Source: Euprymna scolopes
Lineage: Eukaryota
Reading direction: 5' to 3' (one strand)
Assembly (NCBI GenBank): GCA_053919585.1
Contig: CM132828.1
Length of the DNA: 64,000 nucleotides
The notes below the pieces were generated by a model, which was not told where the DNA came from, searched no databases, and worked only from the letters and a program-made list of their open reading frames with translations. This document shows positions 41,301-53,997 of the stretch, in pieces (the stretch's first letter is position 1; each line of letters starts with the position of its first letter). The translations under genes and the position numbers were made by a program.

Positions 41301-44085
41301 CAATTTGCCATGTTTGTCACACGGGCATCTCATGAGACATGAGGATCTCAACAGGCTGGGACTTCTGAAATTCTTGCGAAATGGCGTATTGCTGTGTCAT
41401 CACAGTGATGCCATTATTGAGGCCATTCCATAAAACCTAGTTTACAGTTGTCACTTCCTTGGTGCCCATAATGTATTTTTCTTAAAATCTCTGGTCACAA
41501 TGATTTAGGGATCAATATCCTGTTATTTATTTAGCGATACACCATTAACAATCGAGAGATCGTCCCAATAAGATCAGTATCGATAAAGGTCTTTCTGCAG
41601 TTCTCTGTGAGCTTCTGGCCAACCCTTAAGAATCATCACTCTCAACTCGCATTGTTGTATGTTGACATATGCTGCAAAGGATTTTGGCAATAAACGTAAA
41701 AGCATACTATGGTTTTATCATGTGTTCATGTACGTCTAACAGATAGGCAAATTAGCAATGTTGATGTATTTATTGATGCGGTTTCATAAAACACAGGTCT
41801 TGGATCCTAGTTTACATTTTTCATTTCCTTGGCGCCCATAATGTATTTTTCATAGAATCTTTGGTTGCAAAGATTTAGGAATCAGTATCCTGTTATTTTT
41901 TAACAATACCCCATTCACAATCGAGAGATCGTGCCGATAAGACCAGTATCGATAAAGGTTTTTCTGCAGTTCTCTGCGAAATTCTGGCCAACCCTTAATA
42001 AGCATCACTCTCAACTCGCATAAAGTTGGATTGGCGCTCGTTGCCTAGCGGATTTGTGCTACTTTTTCATCCGAGAATTGCACAAAGTATGCCTTGATAT
42101 CTAGGTCAATGGCTTCTTTATTCTTTCTGGGAAGCCTAGATTATCCATCAGCCCGTAGAATCTTATAGTCTGGTCTATACTTGATGATCATGTAATATTC
42201 TTGGAGTCTCAATAGCATTCGTTAGAGCCGAGGTAGTGCTGCTGTTCAGTTCTTGAGGCTTATCATTCCCAAAGGTGTGATCACTTTCAATTTCAAATGA
42301 ACACTCGTAAATACACGTTCTAAAGCGTCTTCAGCTAAGTGGTTCCGTTCGATATTAGCAGAGCGCTGCTTTGTTTCTGTCAACGATTTCGAAGCGAGAG
42401 GTATGGGCCTGCATTTTTATAATAGGGCTGCCCCCAATCCTCTAGAAGATGGACCAACTTGAATAATGGACTTTTTGGAAGTGTCATAATAGCAGAGAAA
42501 CATCCTTTTGCATATAACGTCCGTTATCTCTTGTAGAGATTTCTAGTGGCTGTTGCTCCATTCATAGTATGCCTTTTTTTAAATAGTTCTCTGAGGTTTG
42601 CTGTGAGGTCTGAAAGCCTGGCAATGAATGATGTCATGTAAGTAATAATTCCTATGACCTTTTGCGATTCTGCTACGTTAGTTGGGCTTGGGAGTGATTT
42701 TATTTCGTCCACTTTGGAGAGAATCTGGGTGTATCACGTTCTCGTCGAAAATTTCACTAAAGAATTTTACCTGTTTCTGGTTGATCGCACATTTGTTACT
42801 GTTGGGCAGGAGTCTTTGCAGTTTCCATCAACCGTCATGCTCCTCTTTGGTCTTCTCATGGATGATCAATCATCAGGTAGAGTTAATGTTAGGCACTTCT
42901 TGATTATCATGTCCATCTTCTGTTGAAAAACATCTTGAGATATGACTAGACCAAAGGACATTCTTTTGAAACAATATCACCCGGAGGGTTAATTGAAAGT
43001 CGTCAGTTTGTTATCATTTAGCTAGGAGGAAGATTTTGCACCAGAGAGTTTGTGCGAGAGTTCCTCTATGGTTGGGGATTTGTGCAGATAACGCATGATG
43101 TCTCTGTTTAGATCTTTAAGATCTAGACATCGGCGAAGTTTTTCAATTCCTCTTGTGCACGTACACGATGCTGTTCACCCAAACCGTTGGCTCATCAATC
43201 TTTTGGGTTATTTGTTGGTTTACCAGTTCATCCAGTTCTGTTTTTATCTATGTGGAAGGAACATTTCCTAGGTGCATGAATCATGGGACGGCTGTTCGGA
43301 CGAAGCACAATGTGGTATTCCCCTAAGAAGTTGCAAATCCGGTCAAATTGGTCCGGGTATGCTTCCATAAGATCTCTTGTATAGTTTCTTTTTGGGTGTG
43401 GTTTTTATAAGTAACTGGCTCATATGTTACAAACTTGCCTCTCGAGAGAGAACAGTGCAAGGTGACTAACTTTAGTCCTTGAAGAGAGAGAGAGAGAGCC
43501 GTACTAATATGGCAGCCCCATTGGTTGTTACCACATAGAATCTCACACATCTCCATGTACCTTTGTAGGCACATTGATTTCCTATAGATCTGTACTGTGG
43601 AATGCTAGAGCCATTGTACGCAGTGTGGATTGCTGTTTCCTTTTGTGTAGCGTAAATATCCATTCTGGTCCACATGTTATTGGAATGTACGTAATGGGAG
43701 TGTATTTCCCTCAGCACCTTTGTCCACCTTAATCTTCAGTTCGTGAACACCTTTGCTGTTATGTAGTATGATATTTAGGGTGGTAATGCTTCGCCTGTGG
43801 TCCTGCATTGAATAAAATGACATATTCTCAAATTCATCAACCATTTGGTTCTGAATATATATATACAGCTTTGACGATTTTAGACGTAGGCTGTGCTGGT
43901 ACAAATTTCTTGTGTTTGGTATGTCTATTTGTTTGTAGTTGTCTGTCTATTTTTTTTCTTGAATCTTTTGGTCTGGAACATCTTAGCCTAGATGTTCCTG
44001 CGTCCGCACGCTGAACAAGTGCTGCTTCGAGTGGGACAATTTCCATGCTGATGGAGAATCACACATTTGCCACATTTTCTTTTAT
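41301..44085 (-). pseudogene. Gypsy gag-pol remnant (zinc knuckles, protease, RT, RNase H, integrase N-terminus)
   Basis: Motifs as listed for the whole element; WQIVATDIF at ~41287-41311 runs directly into the last satellite unit. Confidence 0.85.
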
Positions 44086-44245
44086 CGCGTCAAAACAATA
44101 TGGGGGTGGAAGACAAAAATTAGGCAACTTACAGTTCACAGCTTAAAATCCAATATTGCATCTTTGTGGACATTGAGCTATTGTTGGATTCTTTAAGGAT
44201 TCTCTTCTCTTTTTCGTTACAGTAATATTCCATACTCGAACTTTC

Positions 44246-44257
44246 CCGCTGCCACCA
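44246..44257 (-). promoter_or_regulatory. Primer-binding site TGGTGGCAGCGG (complementary to a tRNA-Leu-type 3' end)
   Basis: Minus strand ...GCAACA|TGGTGGCAGCGG: an LTR-type CA end followed by TGG, upstream of gag. Confidence 0.7.
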
Positions 44258-44442
44258 TGTTGCACCTTTTTGTAATATTATTAGAACGAATGTGTTAGAT
44301 CAAGGAGATGACACGAGACGTGTTAGATCAAGGAAGACATCTTTTTTTGCATAAGGGACGTAACTCCTACTGCAAGAATTATAACAAGGAAAAATTATCC
44401 CCTGTGTCAATTTTTCCTTGTTGGTTGTAATTCGCCCCGATC

Positions 44443-44457
44443 GTGTGTGTGTGCGTG

Positions 44458-44501
<44 letters not shown>

Positions 44502-44566
44502 TCGTGTATATGTGTGTGTGTGTGATCGTGTGTGTGCGTGTGCCATTTTCTCTCTCTCTTTCTCTT

Positions 44567-44599
<33 letters not shown>
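44443..44599. repeat. Compound (GT)n/(CT)n microsatellite
   Basis: Direct reading. Confidence 0.95.
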
Positions 44600-44601
<2 letters not shown>

Positions 44602-45127
44602 TTTTTTTTTGTCATTTAAGTCCTCGCGGACATTTCTCTCTCGCCCTCCCTCACTCTCCCCCTTTCGCTCGCAGGATAGTTGCCGTGTGCTGATGTCTAA
44701 AAAGTGGAAGAAACTTGTTAGTGATTGGTTGTTCAGGAAACAATCACAGCAATCCCCTTTTTGCGCGTCTTTCGAATCAATTCAAGATAGGATTTCTTGA
44801 GAGCAAGACTCTTTTTTTTTCGGGACTCCATTGTATCGGTAACGATACGACGTAAACTTATTCAATTCCTTTATTAAGGGTAGAGACCCTTATGAGAACG
44901 GTTTGAAATTGAGATGTTGTGAAATACATTCATTGAAAAGGAGAAAGCATTGCCATTGTCTGTCAACGTTTTTATTTGTCCCTCTTCCAAGCCGTTGACA
45001 GAGAAACTCGTCAACATTAATTTATTTCCTCATTTGCCTTTCGATGAGAAGTTTATTAAAGAAGAAGAAGAAGAAGTTTGCAACATTTTCAGAGAAAATG
45101 AATTTTAATTCGGACACTAATCTTAGG

Positions 45128-45130
<3 letters not shown>

Positions 45131-45186
<56 letters not shown>
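45131..45186. repeat. (AG)n microsatellite
   Basis: Direct reading. Confidence 0.97.
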
Positions 45187-45192
<6 letters not shown>

Positions 45193-46771
45193 CCTTGAAC
45201 CTTTTGAGGGTTTCGTTTGTTTTGAAGAAATGTCGATAAAAGGACAGAGAAGGAAATTAACTGTTTTTTGCGTGTTTTACCCCCTTTTCAGAATCCCTTT
45301 TTTCAAGTAAGCCTTTCTTATTTATTTTAAGGGAAACAAGAATGACCCTTTTTGGGAAGTCTAATTTCGAGTCTCCATTACAAATTATATTTCTTCCTTT
45401 TTTGTAGTTACTTCAATTGAATTTGAACTTTGTTCATTATATTATTTTTCTGTAACCTTGTTGATGTGGTAATTTATACATTTGCTTTTTGGGAAGCAAA
45501 ACAACAACCACCTTTTCCCATATGAACTTTGAACTTTTTAAACTTCAATCCAAGGTCATACATTTGTTCTTCCCCCCCCCCTTTCTCTGTGTTGTTGCAT
45601 TGCAATTTTCTTTTTTCTTTTTTTTTTTTCCTTTTTAGGACATGTTTCCCAACAAAGTCGGATTTTTTTAAAAATAAACAAAATGAAATCAACTATTTTA
45701 TAAGAATAAATACTTGTTATTTATTTTTAAAATATATACATTTTTTAAATATTTTTTAAATTTTTAACTAATTTGGAAAAAATAAACACTTTTTATTTTT
45801 TAAAACAATATAAACAGAATTTATTTATTTATTTTAAAATTTAAAAGAATATAGAGTTTTTTTATATAAATTTTAACTATTTTTATAAATTTAAACGGTA
45901 TTTTCACTTGGTTGCCACCTTACTATTTTCCCTTAAATTGACGACTATCCGAGGTTTTCTAGGATGCTGAAAACGAATATCACATTTAACTTTTCTTCAA
46001 ATAAGTCGTTTTTCAGATATTAAGCAATATAATTTTTTTATGTTTAAAAGCGGTGATCTAAATTTATTGTTTTTTAACAGTTAATTTTCTATTTAAATAA
46101 TTTCACGTTTTAATCATGTTTTAAATTTGTTTTGTTTTATATATTGATTTTTTTTTTGTATAAGAATGAACAAAGATAACATAAACTTTATAGGAAAACA
46201 ATTCGACACGATTCATTAATGAACGAACATTTTTACACAAAGAACGAAATAATGATTACACCGTGTTAAGATGACCTACATTCATTGTTCTTTAGAAGTT
46301 GATTTTCTTTTTAAATAATTTCACGTTTAAATCGTGTTTTTCATGGTTTAATGTTGATTCTTTTATATTTTTATATATTTTATTTCTTAATGAATTCAAC
46401 ACACAAAACAAAAGTTCGGTAAATTTACTAAAGAAATCTTAACAAACAAAACAATTTTTCTGTTTTGAACACCAAAGAAAAAAACGGATTCATCCCGATT
46501 TTTTTTTTGTTTTTTTTTTTCGTATTGAACTCCTGGAATGAAAGGTTGGGTTTTCATCTTTTTTACGCTTATAAAACTATTCAATCAGTAACTTTTAAAT
46601 TAATCTTAAAAATTTAAATGTTTATTGATTCCACCATTCTTTATAATAGACTTGAATAAAAAAAATATCAATTCCAAATGGTCCTTATTCTCATCAGAAG
46701 GTAAGTTAACTTTGAATTAATAAATATTATTAGAATAATTTTTATATTTCATAGAAAAAGCTGTTCGTAAG

Positions 46772-47507
46772 TTTTTTTTTTACAAAAAGGTCACCACTTA
46801 TCAAGGCCTGGAAGCCACTCGAGGATAAGGGTTATTGAATGTACAGTAATCAATGGGATAATTTCTTAGTAATCGTTAGTAGTAGAAATTTGGTAAATTG
46901 GATTATTTATTGGGACGGTTCATCAAGAATTTGTTTACATTAGACTTGAAGACAACCAAATTGTAGTCAGGTGGAAAACATACTAACGGAAGAGAGTTCC
47001 ACAGGTATGCAGAGTTCTGAGAAAGATTCTTTGCTCAGGAAATCTACGTTTCGGTTTAGGCACAGATAAAGAGTGGGGAAAATTACTGACAGTAGTTTCA
47101 GCTAGACGTTTTTTTCATGAAAGATTGGTGAGGGGGGACCATAAATTGGAGCTCAGATCATCACTTACCATGGAAATAACGATAAAGCAGAGACAGGCTC
47201 CCAATGTCTCTGTGGGAAAAAGGTTGCAGGGAAGAGAAAGGGATTCCCCTACTAAGCTACAAACTCTATTTTGAAGTCTGTCAAGGCATCATAAGCTGCT
47301 TCTAGCAGCTCCTGCCCAGATATGGCAAGAGTACCTCATCATTGGATGTACCTGGCTCTTATATAGATAGCGAATTGCATCAGGAGTGAGATATCTACTG
47401 GAGTGGTGTAAGGATCCCACCATTTTTCCAGCGACCTTGGCAACAGATTTGATGTACATGTTCCATTTCAGGTGAGGAGTAAAGGTCAAGCCCATAAGAT
47501 TTTGTCA
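46772..47507 (-). mobile_element. 5'-truncated CR1/L2-group LINE
   Basis: GLTFTPHLKWNMYIKSVAKVAGKMVGSL...SCHIWAGAA; T-run 46772-46781; collinear with 758-1490. Confidence 0.9.
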
Positions 47508-47509
47508 AT

Positions 47510-48000
47510 TTCCTTAGCATAAGACGAAGCCAAACTCTTTGCCAAAAACTTTGCAGCTAATTTTACCTTTCAGGAGAAACACATGTCTAACTAACTTTGC
47601 AGCTAATTTTAACAAGGTCATCAAACCTCCCCCATTTCCTCCTGTAACCGAAAACACTCTATGCAACATACAAATATGTGTGCATGATGTTACATATTTG
47701 CCACACTACACTTATCTGTGCCTAAACCAAAACGATTCCATGAACAAAGTTTCTTTCTTAGAATGCACACCTGTGGAACTCTCTTCCATTTTTCTGTTTT
47801 CTGGCTGACTATAATATGGTGGTCTTCAAGTCCAATGTAAAGAAGTTCTTCATGAGCTGTTCCCCTGAAGTAATCCAATTTACCAAATTTCCACTCACAG
47901 TTACTATGACATTGTCCCATTGATCACTGTATGCTCACTAAACCTTATCCCAGATTTGCCTCTGGGCCTTCATAAATGGTGACTCTTTTGTAAAAAAAAA
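47510..48000 (+). mobile_element. Internally deleted CR1/L2-group LINE (middle fragment joined to 3' end)
   Basis: DEAKLFAKNFAANF / PPFPPVTENTLCNIQI, then the 3'-end sequence CTTATCTGTGCCTAAACCAAAACG...CTGTGGAACTCTCTTCC; A-run 47992-48000. Confidence 0.8.
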
Positions 48001-48544
48001 GTCAAACGTAGGTATATAAAATTTCAAACGTAAAATTTTCACTAACTCTAAAAAAATATAATAATTTAAAACTTTTGTTAAACTTGAAAAAATATATTAA
48101 TTATTGTGTAGAAACAACTTTTTAAAAATAGGAATTGTTACAAACTATTAAAAACTGGGGTCGCAAATTTAAATCCAACAAGTTTCAGCACTTTGTAAGA
48201 ACATATTCTGTGGAGCTCATAAAATTCTATAAAGTCTCTTCTGTGAACAACGTGTGCTCTAGTTCTAATTAAATAACTTCATACCTCTTAAGTCTGCACT
48301 TTATAAACCATACACAAAATGGATAGTGGAAGCTCAGAAATGTTAGGTAAGCTTATCTAATCCAATGTTCATATAGTCCGGAAGTACAACCACAATATAT
48401 ATACTGTCTGATTATTCCATGAAGATTAATATTGACACAACACCTAAACATGTTAAAGTCAATCGATTTGGCAAGTAAGTTGTTACACACTCCTTACACA
48501 CAATACAACTTAACCAAAATACTATCGATCTAAACAACTCTTCC

Positions 48545-48936
48545 ACCAATTTTATGACGTCTGATATTTTATATGTTACATAATATCAATTTATAACTTC
48601 TTTTCAATTTGCACAATTTTTTAATTATTCTGTAAAAACTCAAAACCAATTTTATGACGTCTGATATTTTATATGTTACATTATATCAATTTATAATTGC
48701 TTTTCAATTTACACAATTTTTAATTATTCTGTAAAAACTCAAAACCAATTTTATGACGTCTGATATTTTATATGTTACATTATATCAATTTATAATTTCT
48801 TTTCAATTTGCACAATTTTTTAATTATTCTGTAAAAACTCAAAACCAATTTTATGGCATCTGATATTTTATATGTTACATTTTGTCAATTTATAACTTCT
48901 TTTCAATTTGCACAATTTTTTATTTATTCTGTAAAA
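48545..48936. repeat. ~100-bp tandem repeat, ~4 copies
   Basis: ACCAATTTTATG(A/G)C at 48545, 48645, 48744, 48844. Confidence 0.92.
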
Positions 48937-51237
48937 GAGCTCTTAAAAACTTTAAACCAACTTTATGGCCTGAACATCATAAACTACATGCAAAATGGAT
49001 AGTCATAACTGAGAAATAAAAACAAAGCTAATTTTATTGCAAGTGACGTATGGTCCTTACTATGTATCAGTTTATAATTTCTTTTAATTTGAAAATATTT
49101 TTATTAATTCTGTACAACTTTTGAAAATTCTTAAAAATTGTGATTCAAGTTTAAATACAAGCAGTTCTTATTTACATAACCTCAATTTAATGGCCGGGTA
49201 AAATTTGCTATACAAACAGTAAATAGTATAAGAAAGTACATTGAATTAGTATATCCTTGAATATTGCACTTATCCACTGCTAATTTTACTTAATATCATC
49301 TCAGCACTATATAAACAACATGCAAAATTGATTGCAGCAGATAAAACATTAGGTGTAACAACCCTAAAAAAACTCGACGGTAAAGGGAGAAACACTTTAA
49401 AGTCGTTCACACTTGTAGGACAGTCAGAAGTGCATGACTTACAATTAATGCGCATTAAATATCAGCAAGATACAGAAACAAAGATTAATTTGTTTGACTT
49501 GTTGATCTAGTGTTACTCTTCATCAATTCCATGTTCAGGTACCTCGTTATAATACATCATCATATTCCAGTACCTTTCTATTCAAAGCTGTAGACATTTG
49601 GAGCTCCCGTCTGTTTTTATTGCCTATAACAATTCACTAAAAAATCTCCAAAAACTATATTCCTTAAAAATCGAAAAAAAAAAACAGAATAAACTTTCTA
49701 AATATAATACCATTTTTAAAGATTTATTATTAAATGTGTTGATCTTACATGTGATTAAGTTTTAAAAATATGTTAAGCTGAATTAGAGATGAACATATAT
49801 TTTCTTCATTGATTCGGAATAATAGGATTGAGAAATGCACGAAAGAAATAGAAACTGTAATTGTCCCAAGCAAAGAAAATATCAATCTATATGTGGTAGT
49901 TGTATTGTTATAAAATGCTTAGGTAAATATCAAAATAATATAATTAGGATAAATGTTTGTTATATGTTTATAATAATTTAGATATTTAAATATAAAACAT
50001 TAAACTCGCTTAAAAGTTAAACGTCTATGATTACAAATAATTTTAAGGTTCAGATGAATCAATAATGAACAAATATTTTTAGATAAAACATTCACACGCC
50101 AATTTTAAACTTTTTTCGTCTGAAACAATAGAAGCCTTACAAGCATCATCAAAGGAGAATGGTTGGATTTTGATGTTTGTCCGATTGGTCGGGAGTAAGT
50201 ATGTTGGTGCAGAGCGTATACTCTAGACTTTTTAGAAGTCTAAGATAAATATGGTCTTTGGTAGTTGCACGAAGCCATATTTGCCAACAATAGACAATAC
50301 ATATGGTAATTTTAGCTTTGTAAACGTATAGGATACTCTTATGTAATTTTCTAGCAAGGTTTAAGCAGGCTTTGTAATATCCTTACAATGTTAATTGTGT
50401 ATTAAATAATTATTAAATAACAATTTTGTTCTAACCAATAGTTAAAGTGACGTTAAATGGGCTGGTACACAGCAAAACAAACCAAAAAGAAAAAAAATGT
50501 TCAAAAAGAAAATGCACTTTTCAAGCTCATTAAAAAGGTTTAAAAGGAATAAAAATATAAAATCCAGTTAAAAAAATAAAGGAAACGTAATTTTAAAGCG
50601 AATTTAAAATGTTTTACAGAAAAGTATGTACTGGTTATAGATACAACATTAATATGCAAAAGAAAGAAAGAAGATTAGTTCATAAACCATGAGTTGAATA
50701 GACTCATTTTACAGGCCATGTTTAAATTTATCTAACCTTTCAGCATTAATATTTTTAATAATTTATACTATTAGAAGGTGAAAATAATTAGGATGAAAAA
50801 TGATAAAGAAACTAAAAAAATATATGAATAATAAAAATACGCTAAAAATAATACGCTGAAATAATTTGTTGAATGCTAGTAATAATTTGTTGAATTTCAA
50901 AAATAAAAAAAATATTTTAATAAAAATTAAAATAACTACTTAGAACATCAATTCTGTAATGTTAGGTAAGGTAACCAATTATTATATTTCAATTAGTAGC
51001 TTTATATATTAGTCTATTATTAAGAATAGTATTCTTATTGATATATAGAAACGTGAACATCCATTTTGCCTTTCATATAATAAACTATTACATTTTCGAT
51101 CTTTGCAGTAGCAACTATAGTTATTGTTCCTGAAATTCCTACTATATTAGTGTTAAATTTTAAAATGATAAGTACAAACATCAGAATGTCAATTTTGTAA
51201 TGTTGGGTAAGATCCCCAATTCATAGTTGTCGAGAGC

Positions 51238-51765
51238 GTTTTTGATATACAAATATATATTTTCAGACGTTTATTTAAAAAGTAATTTTTTTGGTATACA
51301 AATATGTATTTTCAGACGTTTATTTAAAAAATATTTTTTGGGTATACAAATATATATTATCGGACGTTTATTTAAAAAATAAATGTTTTGGTATACAAAT
51401 ATATATTATCAGACGTTTATTTAAAAAATAAATGTTTTGGTATACAAATATATATTATCAGACGTTTATTTAAAAATAAATGTTTTGGTATACAAATATA
51501 TATTATTAGACGTTTATTTAAAAATAAATGTTTTGGTATACAAATATATATTATCAGACGTTTATTTAAAAATAAATGTTTTGGTATACAAATATATATT
51601 ATCAGACGTTTATTTAAAAATAAATGTTTTGGTATACAAATATATATTATCAGACGTTTATTTAAAAAATAAATGTTTTGGTATACAAATATATATTATC
51701 AGACGTTTATTTAAAAATAAATGTTTTGGTATACAAATATGTATTATCAGACGTTAATTTAAAAA
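51238..51765. repeat. 49-50-bp minisatellite, ~10-11 copies
   Basis: TTTGGTATACAAATATATATTATCAGACGTTTATTTAAAAATAAATGT repeated. Confidence 0.95.
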
Positions 51766-52776
51766 CAATTAAAATAGCAATGCATTCAAAAGGATTGGAT
51801 GAAATAATTCGTTGAATGTAAAAAATGTGTTGTATAAAATTCAATATGAGTTTTAACAAATGTGACTTGAAATGAAAGCTACCTTAAAAGACCATATTAT
51901 TATCCATTGCTAAGTAACAAGATTATATACTGATTTAGATTAGAAATTTAAAAAGTATGTAAATTCACTTTCCTGTATTATAAAACTGTTATATTTCTAT
52001 TAGTAGCAATATATTTTTATTATTATCAGTAGATACTATGGTGGTTGTATGCTTATTGTTCCTACAAATTATTACTATATTATTGTTTATTTTACTTTAT
52101 TAATTGCATAATTCCTTTATCTATTATAAAATACTATGAATAGTATTTAACATTTAAACAATATGAATGTGAGTTAATGTGTTTATTTGTGTGATTTTTA
52201 AATGTTTTATAATGTTATGTTGCTTGTTTTGTTGACAGGATTAAAATAAATAATGATATTAAAATAATTAATTTCATTTATTTTTTATTTGCAGATGTTC
52301 CTGCTTGAATGTTTTAATGAATATTAAGGGACCACCCTTCTCCTTAAACAGTATACTATACATAATTATTATTATTATTCTATAGACAATTATTTCCTTA
52401 CGTGGCAGAAAACAAAAACGTCTGCACACGACTTTATTAAACACATATGTGTGGAGAGTTATTTTATCTGGATTGTTTAGCAAATAGCGATAAGAACATC
52501 ACACATACTTACATTTGTGAAATTTGTGTTTAATGTGTTTATAAATCATAAGATATCGAATTTAACATTTCAGAAAAATCTGCTAATTTAGAAAAGAGGA
52601 TATTTTAACTTTTAAACTACGAAATATCTCATATCACAAAAATGAAAAGTGATACACAATTAAAATTTATTTAGTATTAAATTGAGCTTGCATCAACAAC
52701 TCCAGATCAAAACTGAAAAAGCAGGATAAAATGTCATTGTTAATCACTTGGTAGTGATAATCTTGTTAATTTAAAT

Positions 52777-53499
52777 ATGAATATGCAAGACAGGGGAAAG
52801 CCATATTCTTGTACAGTATGTGGATATTCTTATTCTAAAAAATCAAAATTAGTGATTAATATGAGAACTCACACTGGGGAAAAGCCACATTTTTGTGATG
52901 TATGTGGATATTCCTGTTCTGATAAATCAAAATTAGTGAGACATATGAGAACCCACACTGGGGAAAAGCCACATTCTTGTGAAGTCTGTGGATATTCGTG
53001 TTCTGATAAATCAACATTAGTGACACATACGAGAACTCACACTGGGGAAAAGCCACATTCTTGTGAAGTATGTGGATATTCTTTTTCTGTGAAATCATCG
53101 TTAGTGGTACATATGAGAACACACACTGGGGAAAAGCCACATTCGTGTAAAGTATGTGGATATTCTTATCCTCAAAAGTCAAAATTAGTGATACATATGA
53201 GAACGCACACTGGGGAAAAGCCACATTCCTGTGATGTATGTGGATATTCTTGTTCTCTTAAATCAAATTTAGTCATACATATGAGAACTCACACTGGAGA
53301 AAAGCCACATTCTTGTGAAATATGTGGATATTCTTGCTCACGAAAATCAAACTTAGTTGTACATATGAGAACTCACACCGGGGAAAAGCCACATTCTTGT
53401 GATGTATGCAGATATTCTTGTTCTGATAAATCAAATTTCGTGAGACATATGAGAACTCACACTGGGAAAAAACTAGGAGAGAACTTGAATGCCTACTAG
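52777..53499 (+). CDS. Tandem C2H2 zinc-finger protein (8 fingers, first degenerate), truncated by a SINE-like insertion; possibly a last exon or a young pseudogene
   Basis: 240-aa ORF with C-x2-C-x12-H-x3-H fingers and TGEKPH linkers; the last residues GENLNAY* come from the inserted element. Confidence 0.8.
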   Translation: MNMQDRGKPYSCTVCGYSYSKKSKLVINMRTHTGEKPHFCDVCGYSCSDKSKLVRHMRTHTGEKPHSCEVCGYSCSDKSTLVTHTRTHTGEKPHSCEVCGYSFSVKSSLVVHMRTHTGEKPHSCKVCGYSYPQKSKLVIHMRTHTGEKPHSCDVCGYSCSLKSNLVIHMRTHTGEKPHSCEICGYSCSRKSNLVVHMRTHTGEKPHSCDVCRYSCSDKSNFVRHMRTHTGKKLGENLNAY

Positions 53500-53991
53500 C
53501 CACTGTCTTCGAGTGTCTAAGGTCTCTCTGTACAGGGGTTTGTCAGAACAATCTGACATGAGGATACTTTTTAAATAGAAGTAAACTCTGATAAAATATT
53601 CAAAATCACATAGTATTCGCTGCCCAAATAAGATCTTCTCACTATGGCTACCCCACAGTATTTTCCGAGGAATGGTGCACCTTCTCCAGGTGATATTACC
53701 TCAAACAATAGCACGAAGGTAGATACTGCACCAGACTAGATAAATTCTTGTCCTGGAATCCAGTAAGACCAAGAGACCAAAATAAAGGTATACTACAATG
53801 TATAAATATGGTTAATTGGGGAGAGGAAAATTATGTTCTCAACTTCTTTATTAACTCAGCGTTTGAGAGATAAAGAACTTAAATGGAATATTTGAATATC
53901 TATGTATCTCCTATAGACTTCAAGTGTTAGCCCCAGGTTGTGGGCCCCTTGATTTCTGAGAACTTCGACTGAAGTAAAATAAAACAAAAAA
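53476..53991 (+). mobile_element. Non-autonomous SINE-like element, copy 2 (apparently full length, ~520 bp), inserted in a TGEKP linker
   Basis: Left flank CACACTGGGAAAAAACTA, right flank AAAAAAAGCCACATTCTTGT; aligns end to end with the reverse complement of 62722-63241. Confidence 0.9.
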
Positions 53992-53997
53992 GAAAAA

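Larger units (their letters stand above)
5467..44258 (-). mobile_element. Degenerate Ty3/Gypsy LTR retrotransposon (Mag-like layout), inflated by an internal 35-kb satellite
   Basis: Right to left: PBS 44246-44257; gag double zinc knuckle KCGKC..H..CP..CSACG (~43990-44080); protease-like KIKVDKGAEGNTLPL (~43690-43740); RT FKRMSFGLVISQDVFQQKMD (~42910-42970); RNase H region; integrase core; integrase E region NSSPRCPQSNDMVERSIET (~5750-5810). This PR-RT-RH-IN order is Gypsy. Many stops and frameshifts; no matching LTR pair found. Confidence 0.88.

Noticed and set aside
51388-51757. Repetitive 94/106-aa ORFs
   Set aside because: Translation of the 49-bp minisatellite
52856-53503. Minus-strand ORFs over the ZF gene
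   Set aside because: Antisense shadows of the 84-bp ZF repeat
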